Assembly: GCA_012295275.1 (NCBI GenBank)
Contig: CM022674.1
Span: forward strand, 10,664,001-10,728,000
DNA length: 64,000 bases
Origin: Chrysomallon squamiferum
Lineage: Eukaryota; Animalia; Mollusca
Direction: 5' to 3'
Shown here: positions 1 to 13,800 of the stretch, in pieces
Layout: each line of letters opens with the position of its first letter
Numbering within the stretch: the first letter of the stretch is position 1
Notes under the pieces: model-generated
Database searches by the model: none
What the model was told of the DNA's origin: nothing
Seen by the model: the letters and a program-made list of their open reading frames with translations, nothing else
Program-made: the position numbers and the translations under genes

Positions 1-1693
1 TCTCTTATTTCATTAATTTATTTTTTAAATATCTTCAGTTATAAAGTAGTGAAATATTAAAAATATTCTAAAAACAAACATTTTTTTTATATAAATTCAG
101 ATTATTTAAAAACAATTAAAAACAATTCTAAGCAGAAGGAAATATAATGTTGATCATAGATTTTCAGATTAAAAATAAATTACTTTTGTCCTCCAGGGTC
201 AGATAATTACAAATGAAATAATATTTACAACATGGATACTACAACTACTGCACCAGTAAAACCACTGCAGTAAAAATCCTGCAAGAAACAACATGTAGAT
301 AAATATATCTCTGTCCTCCTTAACAACTAGTACATGCACACTTTCTACAATATTCACATTTACATAGTGTTCACATAAACATTACAGACATATTAACATA
401 ATTTCACCCAAACATTATAAAGAGATATTTTTCACTGTAACCTTTTTCATACCTTCAAAAATATTGAAATACTGCAATATTTTTCACACCATCATTACAC
501 CATTGTCATATTAGTCTTTTTCACACCAACTAAACATATTGAAATATTTTTCACACATTAAAACATTGTCATTTTACAGTATTTTTCACAGGTAAATTAA
601 ATACTGAAATACTGCAATAGTTTTTCACACTGACTTCATGTTTTACTGCAATATTTTCGCATCAGAACTAAAACTGATACTTTACTTTTCACACAACATG
701 GCCATATTCTTTTTTCACACTAATTTATCATCTTTCATTTGTTACATTACAACAACGAAATTGGTCTGTCATCATATTTTAACACACACCATAACAAATT
801 ATGACAGTGTAAACCTTTCTTCATTTTCATTATTCTTTATTTATTTATATACTTATTTATTTACTTATTTAGACTCATAGGACCCTATTTATAACATATT
901 TGAGAACCTAAATACTTTATTCAAAATATTTTTTTTTTAAATCACTATATTTAAATTATATTCTTTGTAGTGAAACTAAAATATACTTTTTTTAGTTAAT
1001 TTATTTTATTTTTGAAGCTAAGTTTTTATCTTTCTTTCTTTAAACTTTTTGGAATCAGTGCAAGAGAAATGAGAAAAGTGAGTTTGATCAGAAACACAAA
1101 CATGGACGGACATGTGGTGTTGTCATGGTGAACATGTTAAACCAGGCTAATTTCAAATGGAATAATGAAATATATTTGTAAACATGACAGATGAATGACA
1201 ATGAGACATTTCAGGTCTGGTTTAAAATAAGTAAATTTATACTATTTCATACTGGGAACATGACCTAAAGAAGGGTCGTTATACATTAGAATGGGAATAT
1301 CATACTGATTTACAATCAGAGCAGATTGTACTGCTTTAAAATCATTATCACTGTGAATCTGGTATGAAATACTGTTTGTTAATGCTTTGTTACACTGGTT
1401 CATTAATTTTAATATTGTTTTAGATCCAAGGTTTACAGACGGAACATTCCTACTGACCTTTAACTCAAAATATTTGGTGCTCAACACAGATTTAAACTCA
1501 AAACTGACATACTGATATGAATTTCAAAATAACATACTGGCTTAAGAACTGTACAGAAATATTAATTTAGAACTGGGACATTATACGAATATGAATTCAG
1601 GCTTTTTTTCTTCTTTTTTTAAAAACCAGTTTTGAATTGGGAAGGTGTACGTGTTTAGAATTGGGACATTATACTGGTTTAGAATCGGGACAG

Positions 1694-1852
1694 TCATACA
1701 GGAGTGGAATCTGGCTCAGAGATTGAGTCTAAGGAGTTCTGCTGGATGGGTATAGGAGCTGAGATTTTTCTCCTGGCCTGAGCTGAGTCAGTTTCAAACG
1801 CCAGCCTCAAGTCATCCTTGATCTTACGCCCAAATGCCCGGCCCAAGGAGCC
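1694..1852 (-). CDS. KAZN: Kazrin last coding exon (GSLGRAFGRKIKDDLRLAFE...EPDSTPV*)
   Basis: Acceptor tttcag|GGC; 53 codons ending in TGA at 1694-1696; phase 0 matches the previous exon. Too short for the ORF track. Confidence 0.88.
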   Translation of the reverse strand, partial: GSLGRAFGRKIKDDLRLAFETDSAQARRKISAPIPIQQNSLDSISEPDSTPV

Positions 1853-4800
1853 CTGAAATTAAAAACACATTTAAAAATTAAACTATAAATCTTACCACTT
1901 CATCATACCAGGCTGACATTAAATTTTAACGATGTTGTATAAATTATTTATTAAAAATACAATTTATTATTTTTAATTAAAACATAATTTGTCAAAAGGC
2001 TATGGAAAGTTTTCATAAAAGATTCCTTACTGCTGATCAAAGTAGCCACAATTTATGTAGCATGTTTTCTCTCTCACATCATGACTATCATCATCATAAG
2101 TATTATAAATACATGTATTAGATTTAAAGACAGGTATAATTTCAAAGATGTGTTCTAGTTGTAAAGGTGTGTGTGACGTACTCTGAAGCTGAGTCTGTTT
2201 TTGTTTCCGTCATCACCCCAGCTTTTCACGGAGCGAGTGAACGACCGGCTGCCATTTGCATCCACTTTCTGTCTGGTGTTGTTGTTGGGCGTGTCCAGGG
2301 CGGCTCTGAAAGTGTCAGCACAAGTCAAACATTTGTAACAGAATGGTGATAAAAATGATAATGATGATATTAACTGTAATAATGAATAAATAATAACAGC
2401 AATAATAATAATAATAGTAACAGTTGTAATAACAATAACAACAACAACAATAATAATAATAATAATAATAATAATAGTAATACTAATAATAACAATAACA
2501 AAAATAACCATAAAAATAATACAATTAGTTTCTATCTAGTACTAGTTTTCAAATTATATTTTGTCTGAAAAAAGAAAATTATTCTGTATAATTATTTGTG
2601 TTCTTTATCAAAACATGTTTTACAATGTGTATGTAACTCTTCAATGAAATGTTAAGTTTAAAATGATCAAGTCATGAAAAAAAGACACCACAAAATAAAA
2701 TAGAAAGAAATTACACTGTTGATTATTAAATAAAATACAAAATGTCACATGTAGACAACAACAACAGCAATAATAATAATTATGATAATTCATTGAAGAA
2801 ACCCAACTATTCTATAAATAGAAACATCACGAGTAACGTACATAGACTAATTAAAAACAGAAAAAAACAACTAAACAACCTTTTGTGATAAAGGAAAATG
2901 AAGAACTGGTGAGAAATAAAAACCAGTTACCAGTAAGAAAGTCTAAGACATGCAAGCTACGTAGTGAATACCTGAGTAACTTCAAACCTGCCTGATGAAA
3001 CCTGCATTGAAAACGTTTATTTTAAACTGCATCATAACGTCTCATTGGTGCAGAAAAATACAACACCACATACATTTTGATTTAATGCTCACAAATTAAA
3101 TGTCAATTTTCACAAACTAAATGTTAATTTTCACAAACTAAATTATATTTTCACAAATTAAATGTTAATTGTCAACAATTCTACAAAGTAAAAGTTAATA
3201 ATTAATTAATTATAAAAATTATAACATTCTATATGTTGAATAAATGTTAATTCTAAAACTAAGTCATAACTGGTTACACATTATAATACTCTATAGATGT
3301 TTATTAATGTTATTTTGAAACAAAATTTAATTAATGTATCAATATAAAAAACCCTGTAATACTCAACAAACATTGGTTTAATTTTAATTTTAAACAAATC
3401 TACACCATAAAGTTTGATTAGTTATCAAAAAAATTAGAGCACTTTAAAGATATTGATAAAATATTTATCTTAAGTTAATCTACACCACAAACATTAATTA
3501 ATGAGTCAGTTATAAATATTACTGAATCAATTCTTAAACAGATTAACATTAACATTGATTAAAGGGATGGATATATTTGACTTTAAACAAGAGACCTAAT
3601 TTAAAACTGAAACCATTCAAAGATTAGTTTTAAAAACATTTTCTAATTATTTTTTTTATTTTTAAAGATGTTAAATTTAACAAATATAACACTATGTATG
3701 TGATTATATTATCAACAGACAGACAGAAGAAATGTATGAATCAATGAAAGGAAACCAGTTTATGCTGTAAAATCAGTCATTAGAGTTAGGATTAGTGCTG
3801 GTGTTTGTGACATACAGGACTGGTTAATCTCACAGAGACTTTAGCACTGGTGTTAGGATGTTTTAGAATTAGCTGAGTGTTGTGTGTGTGTGTGTGTGTG
3901 GGTAGCCTCCAGGACAAATTAAATTTAGCAGATATTTCTACACAAATAAAGAAATAGTTTTTAATTCTTTAGATTGTGTTACAATCACTTTCTGGCCATC
4001 TGGTTATGTACAAATATAACTCTAGCGTTAGATACATTTTCTATTTTTCCTGAGTGTAACCCACACACACACGTTTCCATTATTGTAAATCTCTGTACAG
4101 AAAGTGTTAAATTTAACCCATTGTAAAGTGAAAAGTTATTAATTTTCTCACCTGGCAGGTTTTATGAGTGTGTCCAGCTCGGTTGCTATGTGGCGACGGA
4201 GATAAGATTTGGAAGGTGGAATGCCGAGTGCTGTTGCTAGGGTGTCGGCTGTGAATGACGACTCGAGAACCATCAAAGCACCATTGACTCCACTTTCTTT
4301 TAAATTCTGCGAGTATTCCTGCAATATCATCAGTAAACAACGTGTGTGATATGTGTTTTTAATATCCAGCTTTCTATTTGTTTTATTAAACATTTTTATA
4401 ACTTCATAGTAAACAAAGGTGTTGTTATTTCTTACTTTTATTTAAAACAACATGTTTTAATTTTTCTTTTTATTTAACCATATTTGTTCATTTACATAAC
4501 TGTATATTGCTTTATTTATTTATATTTATATTTTGTTTGTTCGTTATTTTTAAATATATAACAAAGGGTAAAAATAGACAAAAAATATAAAAAATTAAAT
4601 TTTAAAAATTAAAACACTAACCTGAGTATTATGATTTTTTGGAGTTATATATATATAATGCTTAGTTAATAATCTAGTGACAGACAGAATTGTCAGATAG
4701 TGAATGTTTGTAAAATGAAAGTGAAAGTAACTTACTCCTAGTTCTATGGACTGAATCCACTTGACAATTCTCTGATTGGTCCACACAATTGGGTCACTGT

Positions 4801-7297
4801 CACTCTCCTCACAGTGCGACCTCCTCTCTGACAGCACCTGAATACAGCAACATCTTTATTACTAGCTGATGTTTAAATACAGCAACATCTTTATTACTAG
4901 CTGACATTTAAATACAGCAACATCTTTATTACTAGCTGACGTTTAAATACAGCAACATCTTTATTACTAGCTGATGTTTAAATACAGCAACATCTTTATT
5001 ACTAGCTGACGTTTAAATACAGCAACATCTTTACTACTAGCAGACATTTAAATACAGCAACATCTTTACTACTAGCCGATGTTTAAATACAGCAACATCT
5101 TTATTACTAGCTGATGTTTAAATACAGCAACATCTTTATTACTAGCTGATGTTTAAATACAGCAACATCTTTATTACTAGCTGACGTTTAAATACAGCAA
5201 CATCTTTATTACTAGCTGATGTTTAAATACAGCAACATCTTTACTACTAGCTGATGTTTAAATATAGCAACATCTTTATTACTAGCTGATGTTTAAATAT
5301 AGCAACATCTTTATTACTAGCTGACGTTTAAATACAGCAACATCTTTACTACTAGCTGATGTTTAAATATAGCAATGTCTTTATTACTAGCTGCTATAGT
5401 AAACTTGTAATATAGAATGTGAAAACAACTATTTCCCATTTTTACCATTTACTCACAAATATACAATTGTTAATTTAAAAACTCACCTCTTTATCGAAAT
5501 TGAGTCTTCTAAGAAGCTCAATAGCATGAAGAATACTGGCTTGGTGGAACTTGCGATGGACTCCGAAATGTTTTTCTAGATCTTTCTTAGAAATGAGGTT
5601 GAGTATTCTGCCGTCAGCGAGCTGGTTTTCAAACACGGAGGTCTTTATGGAAGTCCCAGGTCTGGCAACCACCGGTGAGCAACCCAGCTGATGTTTAAAT
5701 ATACTGCCAGCTTTTGGATACTTACTGTCAAAATACAACATGGTTTTTATTATAGCTGATGTTTTACAGCATGTCTTTTATTATTATTATTATTATTATT
5801 ATATTATTAAACCAGACTTTGGATACTTACTGTCAAAATATAACATGTTTTATATTATACTGTTAATAATAATAATAATATAAAGTAATATAAAGCCAGC
5901 CTTTGGAGATTTACTGTCACTATATAACATTTTATATTACTCTACATTATTATTATTAAATCAGTCTTTGGATATGTATGTGAAAACATATAGTATTTTA
6001 TAATACTATGAGACCATTCTTTCAATATTTATTGTTAAATTATATAATATTACTGTACCATCCTTTCCACATTTACTGTCAAAAATGTACTTTAGTTTAC
6101 AATATTATTACATATACATGTTTGAATATTTACTTTCAAAATATATATTATTTTATAAGACTTTGGATATTTATGTCAAAAACATGTTTTATATAATTAT
6201 ACTATTTTATTATAAACCAGACTTTCAGTTTTAAAACATGTATTTTCTTTATTCAGAACAAATATTAATAATTTTATAAATATTTACTAAATATTATTTA
6301 GTCTTTATTAATTTCAGTATCTGGCTATGCTGTTTTGTCCTCCTGTTCTTTACACAATTAAAAATGTTGAAATAATATCAAAATGAATGTGAAAAATATA
6401 ATTTAAATAATACAATAAAAACCATTCTGTTTATGAATTTTAAGATTATTTTATATTACTGTACCATCCTTTCCAATTTTGTCAAAATGCAGTGTAATTA
6501 ACTTACAGTAGTCTGTGTTTTACATGTAAAACTACTTACACTTCAGTTGGGTCTCGCTGCTCCTCGATTGCTAATCTCAGTTTGCGTCTGTGGATTGGGT
6601 TTGAGATTCCTAAAGCTGCACTGAGATCCGAGTCACTGAGACCCAACAAAACCTGAGAAAAATGAAACAATTCAGAAAATGTCTCAGAATGCTTTATCAG
6701 TAACAACAAAAACACAAACAAGACAAGAGGCTGAGGTGGAAAGTACTGTGACTATACAAAATTTATAAAGATTTTTTTTTATAGTAGTAGTAAAGTAGTA
6801 ACAGTGGTAGCAGTAGCAGTAGTAGTTATAGTAGTAAAAAGGTAGTATAACAGTAGTAACAGTAGTAGTAGCAGCAGCAGCAAAAACGAAACATAGCAAA
6901 TGTAGTAGTAGTTGTTATAGCAGCAGTCATAGCAGTAGTTATAATGTAACATATGAAACAAACTGTTTTCTTTCCAAGTCTCCCACCTTTCCACTTTTGA
7001 TGTTTTCAGCACACATTTTGCCATAGCACGACATGCTGAGAGTGATTTCCAGCCAGGCAAGGACCTGGTTTGCCTTCCAAGAACACATGTGTACTCCCTT
7101 CACACTGCCCACTACACTCATCTTCTCCTGGTAGTTCTCCGGACTCAGCAGCGACAGCTTCTGATGACCTGTCTCTGAAACAAAGACACACAGTTATATC
7201 ATCATTGATTCATAACGAAAACTATAATTTGTGTAATATGTAATTTATGATATATATATATACACACACACAAATAAAAAGGCAAACACACTAACAC

Positions 7298-7346
<49 letters not shown>

Positions 7347-7443
7347 ATATACTGGTGCATATACAAAAACAAAAATTCAAGAACAAATACACAAAATAAA
7401 CAGAGACATGTATACGAACATACTAAATCAAAACAATCATTTA

Positions 7444-7497
<54 letters not shown>

Positions 7498-10400
7498 GAC
7501 ACACACACAGAAAAACACACAGACAGACACAGATACAGACACATGGACACTAACCGTCAATCCCCTCTGAACTTGGAAGAGCTATGGATCGTCTTAGACG
7601 ACCTTTGCTGAACATTCGCGGCAAAGATCCGAAAGGTCGTCTTTTCTTCCTCTTCTTGTCTGAACCTTCAGCCAGTTCCTGACTCGTGTTGAAGATTTTC
7701 ATCAGTGGGGTGAACGCATCTGGTCTGTCGGAGTTTGGGGTGCTCGTCTGAACTGTAAATAGACGCATGTCAAACTCTGTTAAACTCATAAAGCTGACTT
7801 TAAAATACAAATAAAATAAACATCAGTATGGAGTGTATAAGGAAACAGTAACTTCTACTAAAATTAAAATTACTAAAAACGTGTGTGTGAGAATATTTAT
7901 ATGTAGAGAGAACTTTGTATTAATATGTATGCATAAGACTGTGTGTACAGGTGTATGATTGTGTGTGCATGCATGTGCATATAACCCTGCATGACGTGAC
8001 TTGATATGTGCTTGTGCATGCCTATGTCTGGTGTGTAACAAAGATGAAAGGTATATTTGAAATGTTTCCACTTTAAATAATCATAGAAAAACCCACAGAC
8101 ATTTGACACCTAATAAAAACTGATATTAAACTGTCATTAAAAATATATTCAATCTGTTCTCTTTGAAGAGTTAAAAAAAAAAATGGCTTTTATCCAAGAC
8201 AGGCTGTAGACTTATCTACAAACTTACACATGCACAGATCATTTCATACCAACACGAATGTAGAAACTGATTAAGAGTTGTAACCTCACCTCTGAGTGAG
8301 TATCAGACACGTGGGTCATTAAAAACAAAGTACACAGAAATGAGCCAAATTTGCACCTTCAAAAATCTACACAGAGCAAAGAGGTATGAGATAACACACA
8401 GAGGTGAAACTTTATCAAAATTAGTGTTATTATAATTACTCGTTTTTGGAAGAGTTTCCTTCATTTAAACATTTTTATGAAATCTAAAAAATTAATAATA
8501 TAGATTACCTCCTTATAATAATAAAAAATGATTTCTAAAATATACAATATATCTAACAGGTGGTATAGTTATTATATACTATTAAGTACACTATTATATT
8601 CTACTTTATTATTTTATTTTTACACTCACTGTGTTATATACTATTAAGTACACTATTATATTCTACTTTATTATTTTATTTTTACACTCACTGTTATATA
8701 CTATTAAGTACACTATTATATTCTACTTTATTATTTTATTTTTACACTCACTGTGTTATATACTATTAAGTACACTATTATATTCTACTTTATTATTTTA
8801 TTTTTTGTGTTATATTATTAATTACACTATTATATATTTTACTTTATTATTTTATTTTTACACTCACTGTGTTATATACTATTATATTCTACTTTATTAT
8901 TTTATTTTTGCACTCAGTACACTATTATATTCTACTTTATAATTTTATTTTTACACTCACTGTGTTATATACTATTAAGTACACTATTATATTCTACTTT
9001 ATAATTTTATTTTTACACTCACTATTATATACTATTAAGTATACTATTATATTCTACTTTATTATTTTATTTTTACACTCACTGTGTTATCAAATATTTT
9101 TATGTTACTGTTTTTGACTATTACATACAGTCTGTTATCTAAAGTTTGTTATTTTAAGAGTATTTGATCTAATACTTCTAGATGCAGTGTGTTTAACGTC
9201 TCCTGTGTTATTTAATATTATGTCTCATATGTTATTTAATACTGTTATATACAGGATATTGATCTACTATGTGTATGTAGCCAATACTGTTCTTTATGTT
9301 ATGAAAACTCAGGTTTTTAAATTACTAGGTAAAAGTAGTAAAAATATTTTCATCATAAATGTACCTACCCTAGTAAAATAATTATTTGCAGCCTGGATTT
9401 TTGTTACTCTTTATAAGAAACAAAGTTGAAATATTGAAAATTTGCACTTTGTTCATTTGTGGGAGCTGACTATAAATAAATTAGCAGCAAAGTTTACCTG
9501 AAAAGCAGCAAAGTTTACCTGAAAAGCAGCAAAGTTTACCTGAAAAGCTGGACGACACTTGCTCATTGGGTGGAGTACTTTCATAGGGTGGCAAGTCATC
9601 ACTCACTGACGTCACATCCTGACTGTTGTTGACATCAATGTCAGACAGACACACAGACTTGTTTGGACCATTTGGTGTCTTTTCCTTCAGCTGTAGAAAA
9701 AAAGTGTCATTTACATACACATATGGAACAGACAAACATACACATACAGACAGTCAGACAGATGGGTAGAGCATTTTCCTGCTTTGTGAAATTGTTGTAG
9801 CTGAAAATCATTTTACTACTTTATGGAATTATTTAAAACCACTGAAAATAGTTGAAATGTTCATGATATTAAAATAGTCTGTAGATACACAACATCATAC
9901 ATATGTAGTTAATCTGGATAACTGTGGCAGTCTTAATCTATCTGAATATATATTCAAATCTGGGAAATATCTCTATCCTGAATTTAATGTAATTATAACA
10001 ACAAAGAACAACTTTAACCGTTAGAACTGTATAATAATTGAGTGTATGAAATGCTCTATAAAGACTGAGTATATACTAAACTTGATTTGCTTTCAACTAT
10101 CATATTATTTCATATTAGTGATAAAACTACTTCTTTATTAGTATTAAAACATTTTTTTAGTATTAAAACAATTTATTTGTTCTGTGTGAATGTAACAAAT
10201 TTTGATATTATCATCAAGAGACAATGTGACTTAACAACAGGATGTATGTGAGAAAATGGAGATGTATCAGTTATTTTTGGTACTTTATTTTTTATTCCAA
10301 ACAGAATAAGTTTTGAAAGGCTATGGCTATGCATATGTTTTTATGGGGGGCAGGTAACAGAAATCTCTTTGAATGACAGAATGATTTTACAACATCTTTA

Positions 10401-10756
10401 TACAACCACAATGTAATAATAAACATTAGATAATGAGATGTATTAGGAATCTGTCAAACAAATAAAACTAGAAGTGAACCAGGTTTGTATTTTTATTACC
10501 TCGTTCAGCTCCTCCTCCAGCTTTCTGATCATCTGATCCTTCGAGTCGAGCTGAGATCTCAGAATGACAGCCCGCTCTGCGGCTTCTCGTGCCTTCTTGA
10601 TTATCTCCCACTTCTCCCGTTCCGACTCCTCCTTCTCAACAGCCAACTAACAACACCAGACACAACATCAGGTTAATATTCAAAAAAGTTAGTTAACTCA
10701 CAAATAATTTTAATTATTCTTATTATATAACACTTATATTCACACACTCACACTCA

Positions 10757-10827
<71 letters not shown>

Positions 10828-13800
10828 AAGTTGTGAGTAATCATAACTGTTCAAAATGTTTACCTGTTTAATACTCTCATTACTTTCATGCACTCGGATT
10901 TCATAGTTTCTAATAAAGTCCCGTAACTCTGTTTCTTTCTCCTCCAGTGTGTTGTACAGTTGTTTCATCTGATTTAACAAATCTAACTTCTCTCCCTTTA
11001 ATCTCTTCCTGTCAGCCTTCATAGCTGCAAAATACATCATCATCATCATCATTTTTATTATTATTGTTATGATTATTATTATTATTATCATTGTTATAGT
11101 TGATTTTGTTGTTATTATTTATTAATTTCTAATTATTATCATGATTATTATTTTACACTTATTATTATGAAATTATTCTCTGGTTGTCATTAACAGTATT
11201 TTATACCATGAACACATGAGGGACAGTCTTCTGCAATAGCCAAACAAAAAATTAAAAACTGATTTAACCAATATTATACCTGAAATTGCTGAACCACAGA
11301 GCAGAACTTAATACCAATTAAAAATCAATGTTACTGGAATATAAACAATATACCCAGTTACCTTTTATAAACAGGTAAGAAATAAACCAATTCTAAATGG
11401 GTTTTTTTGTACCTACACTAGCTGACCAATCAGATTACTGGATTTGTTACAAATTAACAATCAGGTTAATAGACTTGATAAAAATGAACCAATCAGATTT
11501 CTGGGATTGAAACAAAAAACTGAACCAATCAGATAACTAGGTTAGTAACAAATCAGTCAGTCAGTTTACTGGGTTAGATACAAGTTAGCTGAGTGATTAC
11601 CCTGCAAGGCTTCTTTGGCTCTGCTGAGTTCCTGGCGAGTCTGGATGAGTTCCAGTTTGAGTTCTCCATACCCTGGCTGGCTGCTCACAGCTGGTTTAGA
11701 GACTTTGAGTTCCTTCACCTCTCTACTCAAACTTTTCACCTGCGACTCCAGTCTGCTGTTCTCCTCCTTCAGCTTCACTATCTCATTCTCCTCGTCCGTC
11801 TTGTGTCTGTTTGTACCTGAGTGCACAAGTAAAATAGACTTCATAATTGTAATTGTCTTTTTTTATTATAATAATTATTAATTTACTGCATAATAAATTT
11901 TAAACATTCTGTATTCATTATAATAAATTGGTTCAAAAAGTACAAAATTCAAAATTGTTGTGTGAATAAATTATTTTATATACATGTGTGTATATATATA
12001 TATAGACATATATATACACATGCAGAGAAAAAGAGATGAACGACAGAGAACAACAGAGACATGCAGAGATAGAAAGAGACAAACAAAGAGAGGATTATGA
12101 TAAATTAAAAAATTAAAACAGAAAAAATAAAAACTGACAGAGACTGGAAGAAAGGAAAGAAAAGAAGACAATAGGGAGGGATTTGTTATTTGAAGGATGA
12201 GAAAGATGAAAAGAAAAAGATTTGCTTTAACTCATTAACACATTTTTATTCAGAGAGACACACAGACACACAGATATATGTTCACAAATCCAGTTACTGA
12301 CAAAATCTTATACGGTGAAAATTACACATGCATTTTCAATTAATTTTGTTTACAGAAATTTTCTTAACTTTTTCTACATAAACGTGATTGTAATAAAGCA
12401 TATCTACAAAACTGATGTTATTTCAAAGATAAATCAGTTTAAGATACGACTGCAGGTCATATATCATTTCCTCTATCAGCATGTCTTCCGGTTATAGCAC
12501 ACCGGTGTGTGAGATATCAGTTTTAAGTATCACTTTAGAATGTGAACACTTTTAACATGTTTTTTTGTTAATTTATTTTATTTACTTATTTACTGAGAGA
12601 TATTAATATTCTGTCATAATCTCAAACATATTTTTAGTAAATTATGACAAATGTTTTAACTTCTCATTTATAATTTAGAAAGGTAATAATAAAAAGAAGG
12701 TCCAATTCTGAGAAATCATTTTTCTTTTCTCTTAATGGTATTATAAATTAAACCAAATGACATTTTGTAATATGTAAATGTCTAAAAAATGATAAAACTT
12801 AAATTTTGTTATCTTATTCATTTTAAATTGCTGCCAGTAGTATGAAATATTCAAAATGTTTTTTTCTTTCTTCATTTCAAAAACTAATAAATCAATTATT
12901 AGCCAATTTATTAATTTATTTCTATTATTATTAATTTACTGCAGTATCCATTTTAACAAACATTTAGTTATTTGTTACCATGGAGAAAAAACCCAAGTGA
13001 GTTGAAGACAGAAAAAATAAATGACAAAAAGCTGGTTGATATGTCATTTGACCCCTGACATCTCTACAGTTCATTCTGCTGTCAAAGAGTATTAAATATA
13101 AATTGTAATTTTAAAAAAAGGAAGAAAATTATCAGTTAAATAAAATATGAAATTTTCATATTCATGATAAAAGTATTTAAGAAAAAACTCATATAAATTT
13201 CATTTTGATACAGGGTCAAAATTAATGAAACCCAAGAATATCTGAACATTAATACAAAAATAAAAAATATTTAAAAAAATACTGATATGAATTAGTAATG
13301 AATGATGAAGTTACAAAAAAAATTATATTTAAATTAAAAACAAAAGGAAATTAAATATGTTTAAAATGAAAATGAATTAGAAATATTAATAAAGTAAAAT
13401 CACTAAATAAATAAATAAATATCCTTTTATAAACAGTGACAAAATGAAACACAAAAATTGCTAGATGTCAAACAAAGGCTTATGAATTAAATGATCAACA
13501 TTATAAATCTGAAGTTAAATCATAACAAAATAAAAAATATTTTTTAACTTAAATATTAAAATATAACTAAGCATAATTTGGGAATTTCTTAAGAATTTTA
13601 AGACACATTTCCCAGAAAACAAAACAGTAAATAATCAACAAAGAGCAAAAAAAAAAACACCAAAAAAATGAAAAGTTGTAATAATTTTTTTTTTTTTTTT
13701 TTTTATATGTTCCAGACTGTTATTTAGCTTCTAGAATTTATCTAAAACGTGGAACTGTGTATCTGGGGTAATCTTCACATGTATGTAAAAGTAACCTGAT

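Noticed and set aside
1242-1487. 81-aa minus-strand ORF after the kazrin stop
   Set aside because: Non-ATG start, lies in the probable 3' UTR with decayed repeats, no homology recognised
5487-5724. Calling kazrin a pseudogene because of the SAM2 anomaly
   Set aside because: The overall frame is preserved and all other exons and splice sites are intact
4152-7174. Calling the gene liprin-alpha or liprin-beta
   Set aside because: Triple SAM is shared, but the MKADRKRLKGEK and ENKQLALKIDG coiled-coil motifs are kazrin-type
8228-8266. 39-nt AG..GTAAGT-bounded cassette
   Set aside because: Contains an in-frame TGA in the required phase and has a weak acceptor
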